From NCBI GenBank assembly GCA_009103225.1, contig RHPI01000810.1, positions 744,001 to 808,000 of the forward strand: a stretch of 64,000 nt of DNA. The letters run 5' to 3'. This document shows, one piece after another, positions 48,954-61,437 of this stretch. Under the pieces are notes generated by a model, which saw only the letters and a program-made list of their open reading frames with translations, made no database searches and had not been told where the DNA came from. Numbering within the stretch: position 1 is the first letter of the stretch; the number at the start of each line of letters is the position of its first letter. Both the position numbers and the translations under genes were made by a program. Source of the stretch: Chlorokybus atmophyticus (taxonomy: Eukaryota; Plantae; Mesostigma and Chlorokybus algae).

Positions 48954-49918
48954 TCCACTTAAGTGTACATTTACATCCCTAGTGTTAAACGTGCAATCAT
49001 GACATGCTTTGAATTCTGGCTTTTGAAGTGATGCAATTATTTGTGTAGGCTACGTGTAGCTACGTAGTTCACACAGTATGCATAACGATATGCACAGGAA
49101 AAGGGCGTAAGACCAATATGATGTGGTTGCCGTCTTGTGTCAATGACACCCACTTAACTCCTTATGACGCTGATGTCGTTGCTGTAAAAATCAACAAGCC
49201 ACTTTAATAATCTAGCAAACGCGATTCATCATGCAGGATGTACTTATAGCGCTACATAAAGCAAAGGACCTCTGCAACATTTCATCCTTTTAACAAGTAA
49301 AGTTGACACGTCGAGTATTACAATTGTTAATTTGCGTCCTTGCATTAGTGTATGGTGGAAGCGCTCTTGCACTATTGTAAAGGGGGACATTGTCAAATGC
49401 ATGTACCGCGAGGTTACAAGCGGCGCTGTCATCCATCGTATTGCAATTCGTTCTTACAAACATTCATTACGTAAGTTTACAATAAGCCTATTCTGCGCGA
49501 GCTTATGCAAGAATTGTACACATCGACTTAGCTGGTGCATTCACACGTTGTCTTCTCGCAAGTCCGTAAAGAGCTGTGTATATATGTAACACCCCCCCGT
49601 AAAATCTCAATCAAACATCATAATGCATCATTCAATGCGCCTCAAGTATAGCCGCCATCCAATAAAGTGAGATTACTTTGATGATCCAATAACTCAAGCA
49701 AGCAAATCAAGTGTCAAAATTGAAGGCACGTTTGATAAATGCAAATGACAGTGCTACAAAATTCAGAACGGCTCCTCAGAATCCAGGAATGCACCATGTG
49801 CAAAACTGCATTCATGCACACGTACGGTAATGTCTGGTTTACTAGTTCACCAAGTTGGCGCTTCAACCAAGCCGGTGATTGATTGACCAAGCGCTTACGG
49901 GTAACCCTAACCCCGCCG

Positions 49919-51013
49919 ATGGCGGCGGCGAGGACGTCGGCGGGGTTGGCCGCCAGGGCGTTGGCTTTCAGGCAGGCAGCTTGCTTGGGAGCTGGAGGTG
50001 TGGAGCTGGCCACGCTGAGCAGCAGCAAGTTGACGCCTATCTCCTGGGCTGTTGCGCATGCAGGTGAACTGAGTGTTTTTTCGTCATGGCCAAGTCCAGG
50101 CTTGAGGCGATAGAGATATAAATTCACGCCACACCAGGGCAGCTCAATAGCGCTGTTAGCAGATTCAGTCTTGCATGACGATATAACTACACATAGTTTG
50201 CTGCGTATTGCGTTCGGCTGTCGCAGTATGGGGATGGAGGACATGATGCTGATTTCCGTGTTTTTCCACACTGCACCATCTATTTCCGTGGAGGACATGG
50301 TAATTGACGTGCATGCATTGCTGTGTGAACACAACACAGGTCGTGTTTAAGGTTGGGCGTGTCATGTAATTGCCATTTGCTGCTTTCACTGAGTGTACGT
50401 GTGAATCAAGTTTCCTCTCTGAACTTGACGCAGTAGAAGCAACCACTTCCTGAGCACATCGCTGCTTTACCTACTGCATTACAGAAAGTAGTCTGCGCGG
50501 TCCATAAGGCAATGCACGCAGACAAATTGTAATACGTTGTTGGCTTCTTCGCAGATAACAGCTGGCACAGCTGGCAAGCAGCGGCTTGCGCACCCGCAGC
50601 GTCATTAAAGTCAAATTGTCAAATAGCGCCCTCCTCACTTCCCACCCCCTGGCAGCACCTCCAAGGCCTGAGTTTGCACAATACAGTTGTTGTTCCAGCA
50701 GGTAGGCATGTAGTCAATATCGCAGCATGTAGCCATGTCCACGCTTACCATCATCTGCATTGCGTACAGATGGACTGACAGCAACACCAACATTGCACAT
50801 GCCCACACTAGCATCCACACTCGCAGAACCACTCCTGTTGAGCAGCGTCAAGCGGAAAAGGGTAAGGACTCTTGTTCAAGTTGTTGCTTCACCTTGGAAG
50901 TGTTAGGCGTGCGGTGACAAAATGTGTTGGTTTGTGCCTGTGTGCAGAGGCAAAAGATGAACAAGCACAAGCACCGCAAGCGCAGGAGGAGAGACAGGTT
51001 CCGCAACAAGTAG
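49919..51013 (+). CDS. Mitochondrial ribosomal protein mS38-like (DUF1713/COX24/AURKAIP1 C-terminal motif)
   Basis: Presequence MAAARTSAGLAARALAF; last two exons join to LSSVKRKR|RQKMNKHKHRKRRRRDRFRNK-TAG. Confidence 0.85.
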
Positions 51014-51490
51014 TCGACGGGTTCTTGAAAGCGCTTGTAGGAGCTGAGCACATTCTTTGCACAGAGGAGTGCATTGAAACGCTTCCTGTGGCTGTAAACA
51101 TTGTATTACATGTGTCACACACGAGCTCGCTGCTGTGGCTGCTTGCATGTGGGCTTTGATAGATGCAAGTCGGCGTGTATGCTGACACATGGTATACACA
51201 CATGGTGGCGTTCTTGATGACTTGCATGCGTCGTGCAACCCACCCACATGCTTGAGCCACTTCACTGCTGGGAGTCGAGGCTCTGCTTGATAACGAGCGC
51301 CGCAGTAAGTGTGCACGCGAGTCATTGACATCATCAGCAAGTAGGCAGGCGTGTTTAGGTTATGCAAGGTGTATAATAGCAACAAGCGTGCATGACAATA
51401 TGTACAGGATTTGTGCAATGCTGAGCGTCACATGCATATCAGTGCCAGCAACAAACAGCAGCAAACCCGCACCTCAATGTTGTATACAAG

Positions 51491-51518
51491 ACCACCCGGC
51501 TCACTCTATTGTCTACCC
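51491..51518 (-). other. Minus-strand variant of the dispersed GGGTAG...GCCGGGTGGT motif
   Basis: Reverse complement reads GGGTAGACAATAGAGTGAGCCGGGTGGT. Confidence 0.4.
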
Positions 51519-52248
51519 TTGGTCTTAATCCTAACGTGTAAGGGGCATGCGCAAGTTCCAAGTTAGTTGTTAGGCATAGCAATGGCAAAATAAGTCGTGT
51601 GCTGGGCACCTCAGCAACAAGCTCAACAAAGCAGGAAAGGCAGCAGCAGGTAGGATCCGCGCCTCAGCTAAAGCAACACCGCCATAGTGAGCAACTTGCC
51701 GAAAGGGCCAACTGGGCACTGCGTTGGGAGTCTTATGGCGCATTAGGGTTTGCCACGAGCAGTCCCCCGAGTTGTGAGCTTAAACGTTGTCACGTGCAGC
51801 AGTCGTGCAATGTCAATGTGTACTACGACAAGGAACAGGGCAGTAAGCATGTATTACATGAAGATAGTGTGGCAGTCATTCAGTCAGATAGTCAGTCAGT
51901 AAATTAGTGCAATCCCGCACAAAAGCCAGTCAATGACTTCCAGGAACAAATGGTTTATGTAAACACCTGTCTCAAATGCATGTGCTCACTTGTGAAACAC
52001 ATGATGTCTGCTGCATGTGAGTTCATAATGTTGAGAGTGGTAACCTACCATTCGCAACCAATGCTCAACCATGTACGAGCCGACAACATGACCTTTCCCT
52101 CACCAAGAGTATAAGTGACGGCATCCTCATCTGTAGCAAACCAACCACATGTGTACGTAAATAACAGCACACGGGTGCGGCTCAACCAAACAACTTGCAT
52201 CGCTAAACTTACAACCAGCTAAGGCACAACCTAGCTGTTCAACTGAAC

Positions 52249-53788
52249 TCAACCTGGCACCTTAACTAGCTTTTGTCGTTCCTTTTTGGACATCTTCTTC
52301 AACGTCTTTGGGTTGGACACCTGCGATGACACTCGTGTTAAGCTGTACACAGCACTGCAGTGGCAACATGCACGTAGGAGCTAAAAACTCGCACAACTTC
52401 AACGCTGATAGCAATTCACACTTGCTGATGCACACCTTCTGGTATATTGCACTCTTCAAACTGTTCTCCTCTTTCCGTTTCTTTGCCGCCTCCATCCTTA
52501 ACCTCTTTTCCTGCAAGCCACTACGCTTAGCATGCATGATGGTTCAATCGAGCCACCACTACTGCACGCTAGCAGTTCAACTCACCCTCTTTACACTGTT
52601 GGCAGCCTCCTTGATCTCTTTCACTCGTTCCTACATTTGAAGCAATGCGCAATCAGATGCTACGATCAACGATATGTAACTGGCTGGCTGTGACTAGGGA
52701 AACAGTTCAGTGCACCTCTCCACGAACTATGTATGTTTGCATGCATGCTCACACCACACCCTAGCATCGTTAAGACCACGTGCGCACACAACCGCATCCA
52801 CACGCTACACGATTGCAAATCTTCAAAAGACGCCCCGCAACAAACCTGAAACTGCTTCTTTGACGCTTTCTGTGCCATCTTTTGCTCCCATGAAGACTGT
52901 AATGAAGGCACGCTTTGCTTGGCTGAAGCCCGCGAGGGTGCCCCTGCCTTCCACCTGTAAATCACTCAGCAGTTCAGAATGTAGCGTACCACACTCACTC
53001 TTGAGTCACTCTTAAGCTCATGTCATCAAGTTGGCCTTGCAATATGTTACAAGTCTCGCACGCACCTTCGCTTTGAAAGGCGACCAACGTTCGGCTCCTC
53101 TGCACGCGCGCGCTTATTGGCCGGAGCGTCCCATCCGATAGCCTCTGCGCACTCCATCGGGCTCGGGGCACCCTTTGCCTGCACACAGTCGGGTGCAGAG
53201 TGAACTCTACTGTACTTGTATGTGTGCGTACATACACTTGCGCACGTTTCAGTCGAGTACAGTCCTTCTTGCACAAAACGAACATATCAATGTGTGAGTG
53301 CATGTTCAAACACTGTCGCATGCGTAACACCATGTTGAAACATTCGCAGCAAGCACTCAATACTGCACTCGTAGGAGACGTGCCGAGCAGTTGACACATT
53401 CATTGAAGCAAGTCCGTGAACACAGCAGGCACGCACTTGTCTGCAATTGCCCTGCAGCGCATTTGAAAGCAACCACAATGCTGCACATACGTAATCAGAG
53501 AGAACTAAGGAAAATCGGTAACAAGAAACACATTACAGTACTATTGGCAACGTATAGCAGTCCTAGTTGGACCGAACGGTCCAACTTAGACTGCTGCACG
53601 TTAATTGTTGCCTGCCGTAATAGTGTTGACAATCGCTTATACTATCAACTTACAGCATGCACAAAGTCTAGGGTACAACGCAAATTTTCTCTCACCGCCT
53701 CAGCCCTCTCCTCCTCCTTGCGCTTGCGCTTCTTGCCGCCTCCCACACCCTCGTCTAGCCCGCGGAAATCCAGCATCGCGGTTGCCAT
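52249..53788 (-). CDS. CCDC86/Cgr1-family rRNA-processing coiled-coil protein
   Basis: MATAMLDFRGLDEG...; GRLSKRRWK, SSWEQKMAQK, RKEENSLKSAIYQK|VSNPKTLKKMSKKERQKL; exact 3' end uncertain. Confidence 0.8.
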
Positions 53789-54017
53789 GAATGCCGCACG
53801 ACCGTTCACCAAGTCGTTGAAGCACTAAGCTCTCCTTGGTGGCTTCGTCCCACCCCACCTGATAGCCACCCGTCCAACCACACCGCCACCACCTACGCCG
53901 CCGCCGCCGCCGCCGCTGCGAGATACAGCAACCTTAAAACACACCACAGCTTTGATGTAATCACATATTGTGAAATAGTATGTGATTACGTCCTTTCTGT
54001 ATCTCATGCCGTGTCTG

Positions 54018-54026
54018 AAACCCTAA
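54018..54026 (+). promoter_or_regulatory. Telo-box AAACCCTAA in the CCDC86/TMCO1 divergent promoter
   Basis: Exact match; telo-boxes are known in plant ribosome-biogenesis promoters. Confidence 0.4.
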
Positions 54027-54211
54027 CAGGCGTCGGCGTAGCGGTCATTGTCGACGTCGTTGCCGCCATTGTCGGCGTCGGCGTCGTGGTTGTTTGGGGG
54101 GGGGCGGGGCGGCAGGCGGGTGAGCAGGCGGGAGGTGAGGTGAGGGAGGGGTAACGTGGTGGATTAGGGAAGTAGGCGGGTGTTGTGTTGTGGGCGACAG
54201 AAGGTAGGGGA

Positions 54212-55776
54212 ATGCACCAGTACGGGGAGTCGCTGGTGATCTGCGGGATCGCGCTGGCGGCGTGCTTCGTGGCGGAGGGGATATCCTGGCTGCTCATCTA
54301 CCGCCTGCCTTCCTACAAAGCCCTCACCTCCGCCATCGACAGGACATCCAAGAAATGTAAGCGAGAAGACCGTTGATTTGGGGTGTGGGCGCTGGCGTGT
54401 AACATTAGGGTACTGTATACGAGTATGCATTGCTTATGCACGACACTCCCATGATGAATGTTATCTTGACATGCATGCACTGCATAGTGACAAGCGCAAG
54501 ACACACAAGTAATTGGTGTATGCGTAGCACATAAACAATTGCAAGAGGGTATTGCTTCTCATGAGATTGTTTACTTATTATTGCAGAAGGCGTAGTCATG
54601 TCCATGCTTGTGCCATTTCCTTTGGCTTACTGCTATATGATGCGGATGTACCTCTCGCTGATATGCATGGCATTGGTTCTCATTGTTTGGTTCTTAACTC
54701 ATATGTGTCTTCGACTCATGTGAACACTCCTTGTTACCATGTCGCGTCTACACGGAAGGTTATACTAACTAGCAAAGGGTTGATTGCGACACAAGCACAA
54801 GGGCATGGAGCAGTGCATGCAAGCTTGCCAGCTTTTTAAGTGCTCTATCTTTGTCACTGCCTGACACATGCAATGTTGCTGCAGTGGACACGCTCAAGAG
54901 CAGCGGGACTACAAGCAAGCAGCAGCGTGGCACAAAGGCTCGCAAGTTGGACAGGTGCTTATGACATCAATACTCCATTTGCGTGTTGCAACCAGCGTAA
55001 GGATATGCTCAATGCCACGTTATAATGTGGTCCTTGCTGGCAATTGGGGTGTTATTGAGCAGGTATGAAGGCTCTTTGAAGACCTCCACTCGCAACCTCG
55101 CTGCCGTCAAGTTTCGCTCTGGCTTCCTTGTGGCTATCGTTTTCCTTGCCCTATACGGCCTTCTGTCCAACGTGTACGCATCACCTCCATCACACTTGAA
55201 ACAGGAGAAGAAGTGATTATGCGCACATGTGCAAGTGTAGCATCCGAGCATGTGCAGAATATGCACTTGTTGTTTCTTTATCAACCTTTAACTGCCCATG
55301 CATATGCGTACGAGTGAGGCTGAGTGTGACCTGTTATGGTACTATATTCATTCTTGTGTGTCGCTTCGCAGCTATGATGGCAGAGTTGTGGCGAAGCTTC
55401 CATTCACGCCGGTGGCTTTTATCCGCGGCGCCACCCACCGCGGCGTCCATGGCGATGACTGGACTGAGACCGGCGCGGTATGGTCAACATGATGGCTTTG
55501 ATGATCGTAACCAAATCTTTTAGTGTTAACACTGCCATTGGGACACTACAGCTGTTGCTCGTCAACACATTGCTTACAGCACTAGTGCAGTGAGTATGTC
55601 TCCGTGTCTTCACATTGTGCTTGTGTTCACATGTTGGTGCTGCGCAGGTCTTCTTGTGGGTTCTGTGCTCCCTTTGCTTCCGGCCCAACGTGCAGAAGTT
55701 CTTAGGATTTGCGCCGCCTCGCAGCACCATGCAGTGGATGCCGCCCTCGCTGCAAGAGAACCCCAAAAAGCTCTGA
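54212..55776 (+). CDS. TMCO1: TMCO1 / calcium load-activated calcium channel homolog (DUF106)
   Basis: AEGISWLLIYR, YDGRVVAKLPFTP...HRG..GDDWTE, FLWVLCSLCFRPNVQKFLGFAPPR. Confidence 0.93.
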
Positions 55777-56341
55777 TGATGCAATCGTTCACACATATGC
55801 ATGATGCGCTTGGCGATTGCCTCCGTCATCTTGGCAATGCGCAGTGAGCATGAGGTGATATGCCCTTGTCGGTTGACGGGTGTGCATTGGCTAAACGCAA
55901 CCTGAAATGCATCAAATGGGGCAGAAGACGGGCGCGCTGCGGGTGTAGGACCTTCGTCATGCTGCATTTGCGAGCAATAACAGATGTGGGCCTTGCAACC
56001 GATGTCTTATAAGGATTTCGTGTCACAGCACATTGCATACGCGTACACAAGATTAAGACAGATATGTGCGCCCTGCAAATTGTGCTAGTGCGCTAAGGTT
56101 AGCAGTGATGTGAAAAACATGAAACCGCATTTTGCGCACAAGTTCACACTAAGCTAGTGCAGGGGTGTTGCATGCGGTGTGTAGGCATTCGTGTTATTAC
56201 CTGAGAGGCACATGAAAGGCGGACAACAACATGCTATGAATCCAAGTTGAGGCGGAAAATAGTATATTAACACAGTGAGTAGAGTAATGCAAGTCAAGCA
56301 AGACATGAAGAACTGCCACTGGCTTAACACACCAGCTCGCA

Positions 56342-56345
<4 letters not shown>

Positions 56346-56413
<68 letters not shown>

Positions 56414-56598
56414 NNNNNNNNNNNNNNNNNNNNNNNNNNNNNNNNNNNNNNNNNNNNNNNNNNNNNNNNNNNNNNNNNNNNNNNNNNNNNNNNNNNNNNN
56501 NNNNNNNNNNNNNNNNNNNNNNNNNNNNNNNNNNNNNNNNNNNNNNNNNNNNNNNNNNNNNNNNNNNNNNNNNNNNNNNNNNNNNNNNNNNNNNNNNN

Positions 56599-56649
<51 letters not shown>
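56346..56649. repeat. (GA)n microsatellite spanning assembly gap 56414-56598
   Basis: GA units on both sides of the N run. Confidence 0.95.
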
Positions 56650-56650
<1 letters not shown>

Positions 56651-56763
56651 AGTCACCCTCGAAAACGGAGAGGGGTGAGGTTAGGTCTGGCACAGGTCAT
56701 ACACACCAGATGCTTCAGACTCACTTCAGAAAGACTCCCGCAGCGTAATGCAAATTGCATGCA

Positions 56764-59700
56764 ATGACGGGCCTCAGTGGCGGCGGCGGCGGCGGCGGCG
56801 GGCGGCGGAGGATCGTGCATGGCGCCGCCGCCGCCGTCGCATCAGCAGCGGTGGTGGTGAGGACTAGACGGCAGAATGCAGTGTTAGCTCTGCGACTGCG
56901 GCGGCAATGGTGCTGGCAAGCTGCGAGCTCGCTGCACAGCGGCAGCGGTTGCATGAGGGCGCCTCTCCTCGCTGCCAATTGTGCACCTACTACCTCCTTG
57001 CTGCCTCACAGGTATTGTGCGAATCAGTAGCACAGTACTGGGTGCTAGCATGGCTATATGGCCGTATTGTGTGCAAGAACGCCTTTTCATGTCGTCGGCA
57101 TTGCATGCAATGCGGTGCAATGAGGATGAGTAGCCAAAAGTCAGGGTGGTGTGTGCAACTTGTCTTCCAATCACGCACACCCAGGCGTGCTGTTGTTTGA
57201 CATCCTGATCATATGCAATTGGCCCAGTTTCATGGCATCACGGCACTCTCTGGTCAAACAGTGCGCAAAGTGGTCGGGATTGCACGTTGGTTCAGGCGGG
57301 TGTTGGCTATAACGTGACTGTCCTGGAAGACAGCTGTCCAATGAAATCTACATTGGCTGCTGGGGAGTGGTTGCATGAGCATGGGCAAGGTGTGGACAGT
57401 CGTTGGGCAGTGACAGCCAGAGGTGTCGTTCTCTCTGCGCTGCTGTGTGTGAATTTACCATTGCATGGCGCGTATGGCGACCACATGCCTGCATATGCGT
57501 CTGCAATTCACGCACGTGTATATACACACGCACATACTGTAGCGCGCATGTTAATGCGCGTGCAATGCATGCAATGCCCTCTGCTGCGCGCACACGCTAT
57601 ACGTGCATAGTTACGTGCGCGCAGCAGGACAGGGCAGCGCACAAACTAGCTGGTCACGTTTGGCTTGGTTCAACCTTTTCCAGCATATACTGCAAACATG
57701 CTGTACACCGTAGACACCCACCCACCCATTACCTGCCTTAAGGCCTCCAGTCTGATGTTGTTTCTACTCTTCGTGCAGCTGTTTCTTACTTAGGTCGTTC
57801 TCCTTTGCCGCGCGCCCGCTAGCATGCTCGCTCTCCTCCCGAATGGAGTCCACTTCCAGTTCCACCTCCTCAAACTCCTCCTCAAACTCCCAACTCAAAG
57901 TAGGATTACCATCATCATCATCATCACAAGCAGTGATCGCTGCTACCAACGATGATGACAGCGACGAAGAAGATGAGGCTGACTGGTCCGATGGCAGCGG
58001 CTCGGATGCCAGCTCATCATCATCTTCTGATGATGGTGACAACACCGAGTCGGATGACTCTGACTTTGAGCAAGACCATCACGATGAAAGGCGAAGGAGA
58101 GCTTCAATGGAGGCTTCAACCGCCGATGATGATATCGTTGAGAAGGACTCAGAAATACCCACAACTCCTCCTTCTCCGCATGACGTGCAGCGCAGCATCA
58201 TGTTCCAGCGCAACTGGGCCTATCTGGAGAGTCTCAAGTTGTGGGAGGTGGAGTTTTTGGACACGCTCGTTGAGAGGGATGAGCTCCTGGACGTCCTTAC
58301 CAACAAGGACGCCATCGGACCCATACTCTACCTCCAGCAGATCAAAGTGCCCTACAGGGCCTTGCAGTACGTTTGCATTATGTGTCTGTATGCATGTGCC
58401 TGTATGCACGTGTCGCTGGCAGTTCACACATATGGACCAGTGATAGAACTACACTCAGTTTTGCATGCAGTCATGTCAACTCTACAAGTGTTCTACAAAA
58501 TACAGTTACATCAACTGCTTGCTTTCCCTGGAAGCGTGTCATGTTGACTCAAGTCATGCACGGTTGGCTGTGGTGGTATACTGCGTTTGTTCTTCTATGA
58601 CGTTCATGTGTTTACCTGCTACATATGGAACAGTAAACTTCTGTGTTTGATAGGTTAATAGTGCGTAAATACCCGTTTGTTCTTGGCATGGACGTAAAGA
58701 CCGAGCTCAAACCACTGGTAAGCCCAACAACAGAACATTGCTGTGCACACTGCCGCCGGTTGTCATCATGTCATTCTATAACTGCAAAACAGGTGGAGTA
58801 CTTCACGGGCATTGGCTACAACCTCAACGCCTTCAGGATATCTCTGAAGAAGTACCCGCGACAGCTGCTCAGGATGGACATTGAGCGGGAGCTCAAGCCC
58901 GCCGCGGAGTACCTCAAGGAGATAGGAGTCATCAAGCCAGAGGTGCCACTCTGCTTGGTCAGGTGAGAAGGGGCTTGAGGTGGAGTATTATGTAGCTCCT
59001 TGGTGTAGTGGAGACTGATGCTTTGCCCAAGCGCATATGCAGCATCTCGGCAATCCTTTGCACGTGTCGCCATGAGTGCGTGTATCTGACCGTTGCCCAC
59101 ATACACATCTTCATGTGTGTGCACACATATGTGCATGCGTATGTGCATGACATTGCGTTGTATTCATGGGTGGTTGCTTCTGGCATGGGCGTCGTCACCA
59201 CCTGCAAGCGACAGTATATGCAACTTGTACTAGCTCATTTGAGACCATTGCGTGCTCAGGTTTGCCAAGAGCACCGCGAAGGACTTGCGTGCGGTGCTTG
59301 AGTCGAAGTTGGCGTACCTGTGCGAGGCTGGCGTGACGGACCAGAAACACCTCGCGCGGCTGGTGTCCCGCAAGCACTCCATCATGTTCAACAGCATGGA
59401 TCAGATCAGATCAGTGGTGGAGTTCCTCAAGTCCGTGGGCGTGAAGGACGAGGAGTTGGGCGACGTCCTCACGCGCAACGAGAAGATGTTTGAGAAGGAC
59501 GCCCAGAGGGTGTTAAGGCCCAAATGGGAGTATTTGTCAACTGCTATGAACAAGGACGTGCGAGCCATACTCGAAAGCCCGCAAGTGCTCGATTGCTCGC
59601 TTGACTCGACCATTCGGCCTCGATGGCTCTATCTCAAGGAGAGGAAGCTCAAGGAAATAAATCTTCCTCTCCACAAGTACATGCTCATGAAAGACAAGGA

Positions 59701-59821
59701 CTATGCACGCACCATTGCACGCTCCACCCCCGGCAAGTACAAAACCTTCAAGAAGACCCTCCTCGGGATCGAAGTGCATCCCAGGCAGAAAAAGCGCACC
59801 GCTCCTGAGCTTAATGATAAC

Positions 59822-59870
<49 letters not shown>

Positions 59871-60097
59871 GTGATGGTGGTGATGAGGAGGATACAGACG
59901 ATGAGGAGGGAAGCTTGGGTCAAGCTGCTGCGCAGAAACAGAGCAAGAAGAAGACGCCAAACCAGAGGGCTCCGAAAAGTGCTAAGAAGGAGAAACTATC
60001 AAAATCTGGTATTGCGCCTCCTCCCAAGTTTGCTGAGGCGGTGATGAAGCAGAAGCTGAACAAGAACAAGAACAAGAACAAGAAGAAAAAGAGATGA
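56764..60097 (+). CDS. mTERF family protein (organelle-targeted)
   Basis: Repeats such as KYPFVLGMDVKTELKPL, RQLLRMDIERELKPAAEYLKEIG, LRPKWEYL, SPQVLDCSLDSTIRPRWLYLK; poly-Asp (GAT)n and a Lys-rich tail. Confidence 0.88.
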
Positions 60098-60871
60098 GGT
60101 GTCCTGTCTTGCTCCTGCTGATGTTGCTGCAATGGGATACGTGCGGAGAACACGGTGTGTTGACTTTGCCCGCCAGGCCTGTGCATACAAGAGCGATGTA
60201 GATGCCATGCGCACAGCATTCTGTGGGATGTCAGCCACTCATGCGTGGTCCAGAAGCCGCTTAAACCAGGCAGAACGTACCGGTTGACCACCACTCAGCA
60301 CATATGTCCAACGTGTATGCACAACTTAACTACCAAGTACTCAACTCGCCTAGTAGCATGCACCACAGTACCAAGGCACCAGGCTGTGCATGTCCATAAC
60401 CTAGCAGTAGAGTTCAGAGGCACAGCAGAGACTCCCCTCGTCGTTGTAGTGGTGGCTGTTGGTTGTCAGTGGCTTAGTCCGTCCGCGTGCAATCGTTGGT
60501 CGGTGCCACTGCCTGCTGGCATATGGCACACAAGAAGCCAGTTGTTGTGAGAAGTAGTGCAAGTAATTGCAAAGAAAGAGAGTGTGCAAGCCCGATGGTG
60601 GCGCATGGCTGTATGATAATGTTATTGGCATGCAATGTATGTCAGCACTGCACTGTCATGCAAATCCGCAACACTTTTGTGCATAGTCGTTCCATAGTTT
60701 TTGCCTATGCATACTGACAGGGTGATTTCACCGCACTGAGTTCAGGTGGCCTATTCATGTATGGCCTTAACAAAATTAGCTTGGAGCCATGCACGCACTT
60801 CCCTTCAACCATTAGCACATCAACCCCCATGTGGGCAGGTGATTACCAACTGCATATTGACTGCTGCATGT

Positions 60872-60922
60872 CTAACGGGGTAGAGGCAGTAGATTATCGT
60901 GCTAGTAGTAGCCCGATGGTCA
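60872..60922 (+). other. Copy of dispersed CTAACGGGGTAG...TAGCCCGATGGT motif
   Basis: CTAACGGGGTAG 60872-60883 and TAGCCCGATGGTCA 60909-60922. Confidence 0.55.
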
Positions 60923-61437
60923 ACTAATTGTCATTTGTACGACACCTTGCATATGTTGCTGCGTGCTGACTGAACTACACGTTATGCATGCGCATGCATG
61001 TCCTGCATTTGATGTACACTTCCAGCACGAACTTCGCTCAGTCATCAATGAGGCACTGGGCAGTCGGTTGCAGACTGTAAAAGGCGATGGACAACCGCCG
61101 CTGAACCACCTGCTTCTCATCATCCTAGCACACTGGGGCTATCCTCATGCTTGAACACAAGCATCAGGAAGTCGCTGCTCCCGTTTGAAACCTCGGTCAG
61201 TAAAATGGTGGTCTCTTCGCGCCATATATACCTCTCGTGCAGTTGCAAACCCTGCAAGACACCATATAGAACAAGAGTTTTTGGCACGACTCATTCACGC
61301 TTGCTATGCTCACTGCTACATGCAATGACTTTGCTTTGTGCACACAAACTGCGTGGCAGTGGGCAGGATGTGATATGTAGCTTCCGTACCTCAAGCAGGC
61401 TGCGTGCAGCGCATAAGCTACTATTGACCCCACTGGT

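Noticed and set aside
49714-50337. 207-aa minus-strand ORF
   Set aside because: Antisense shadow of the mS38 5' exons; no recognisable motif
56154-56748. Poly-SL and poly-ER ORFs
   Set aside because: Translations of the (GA)n microsatellite and gap
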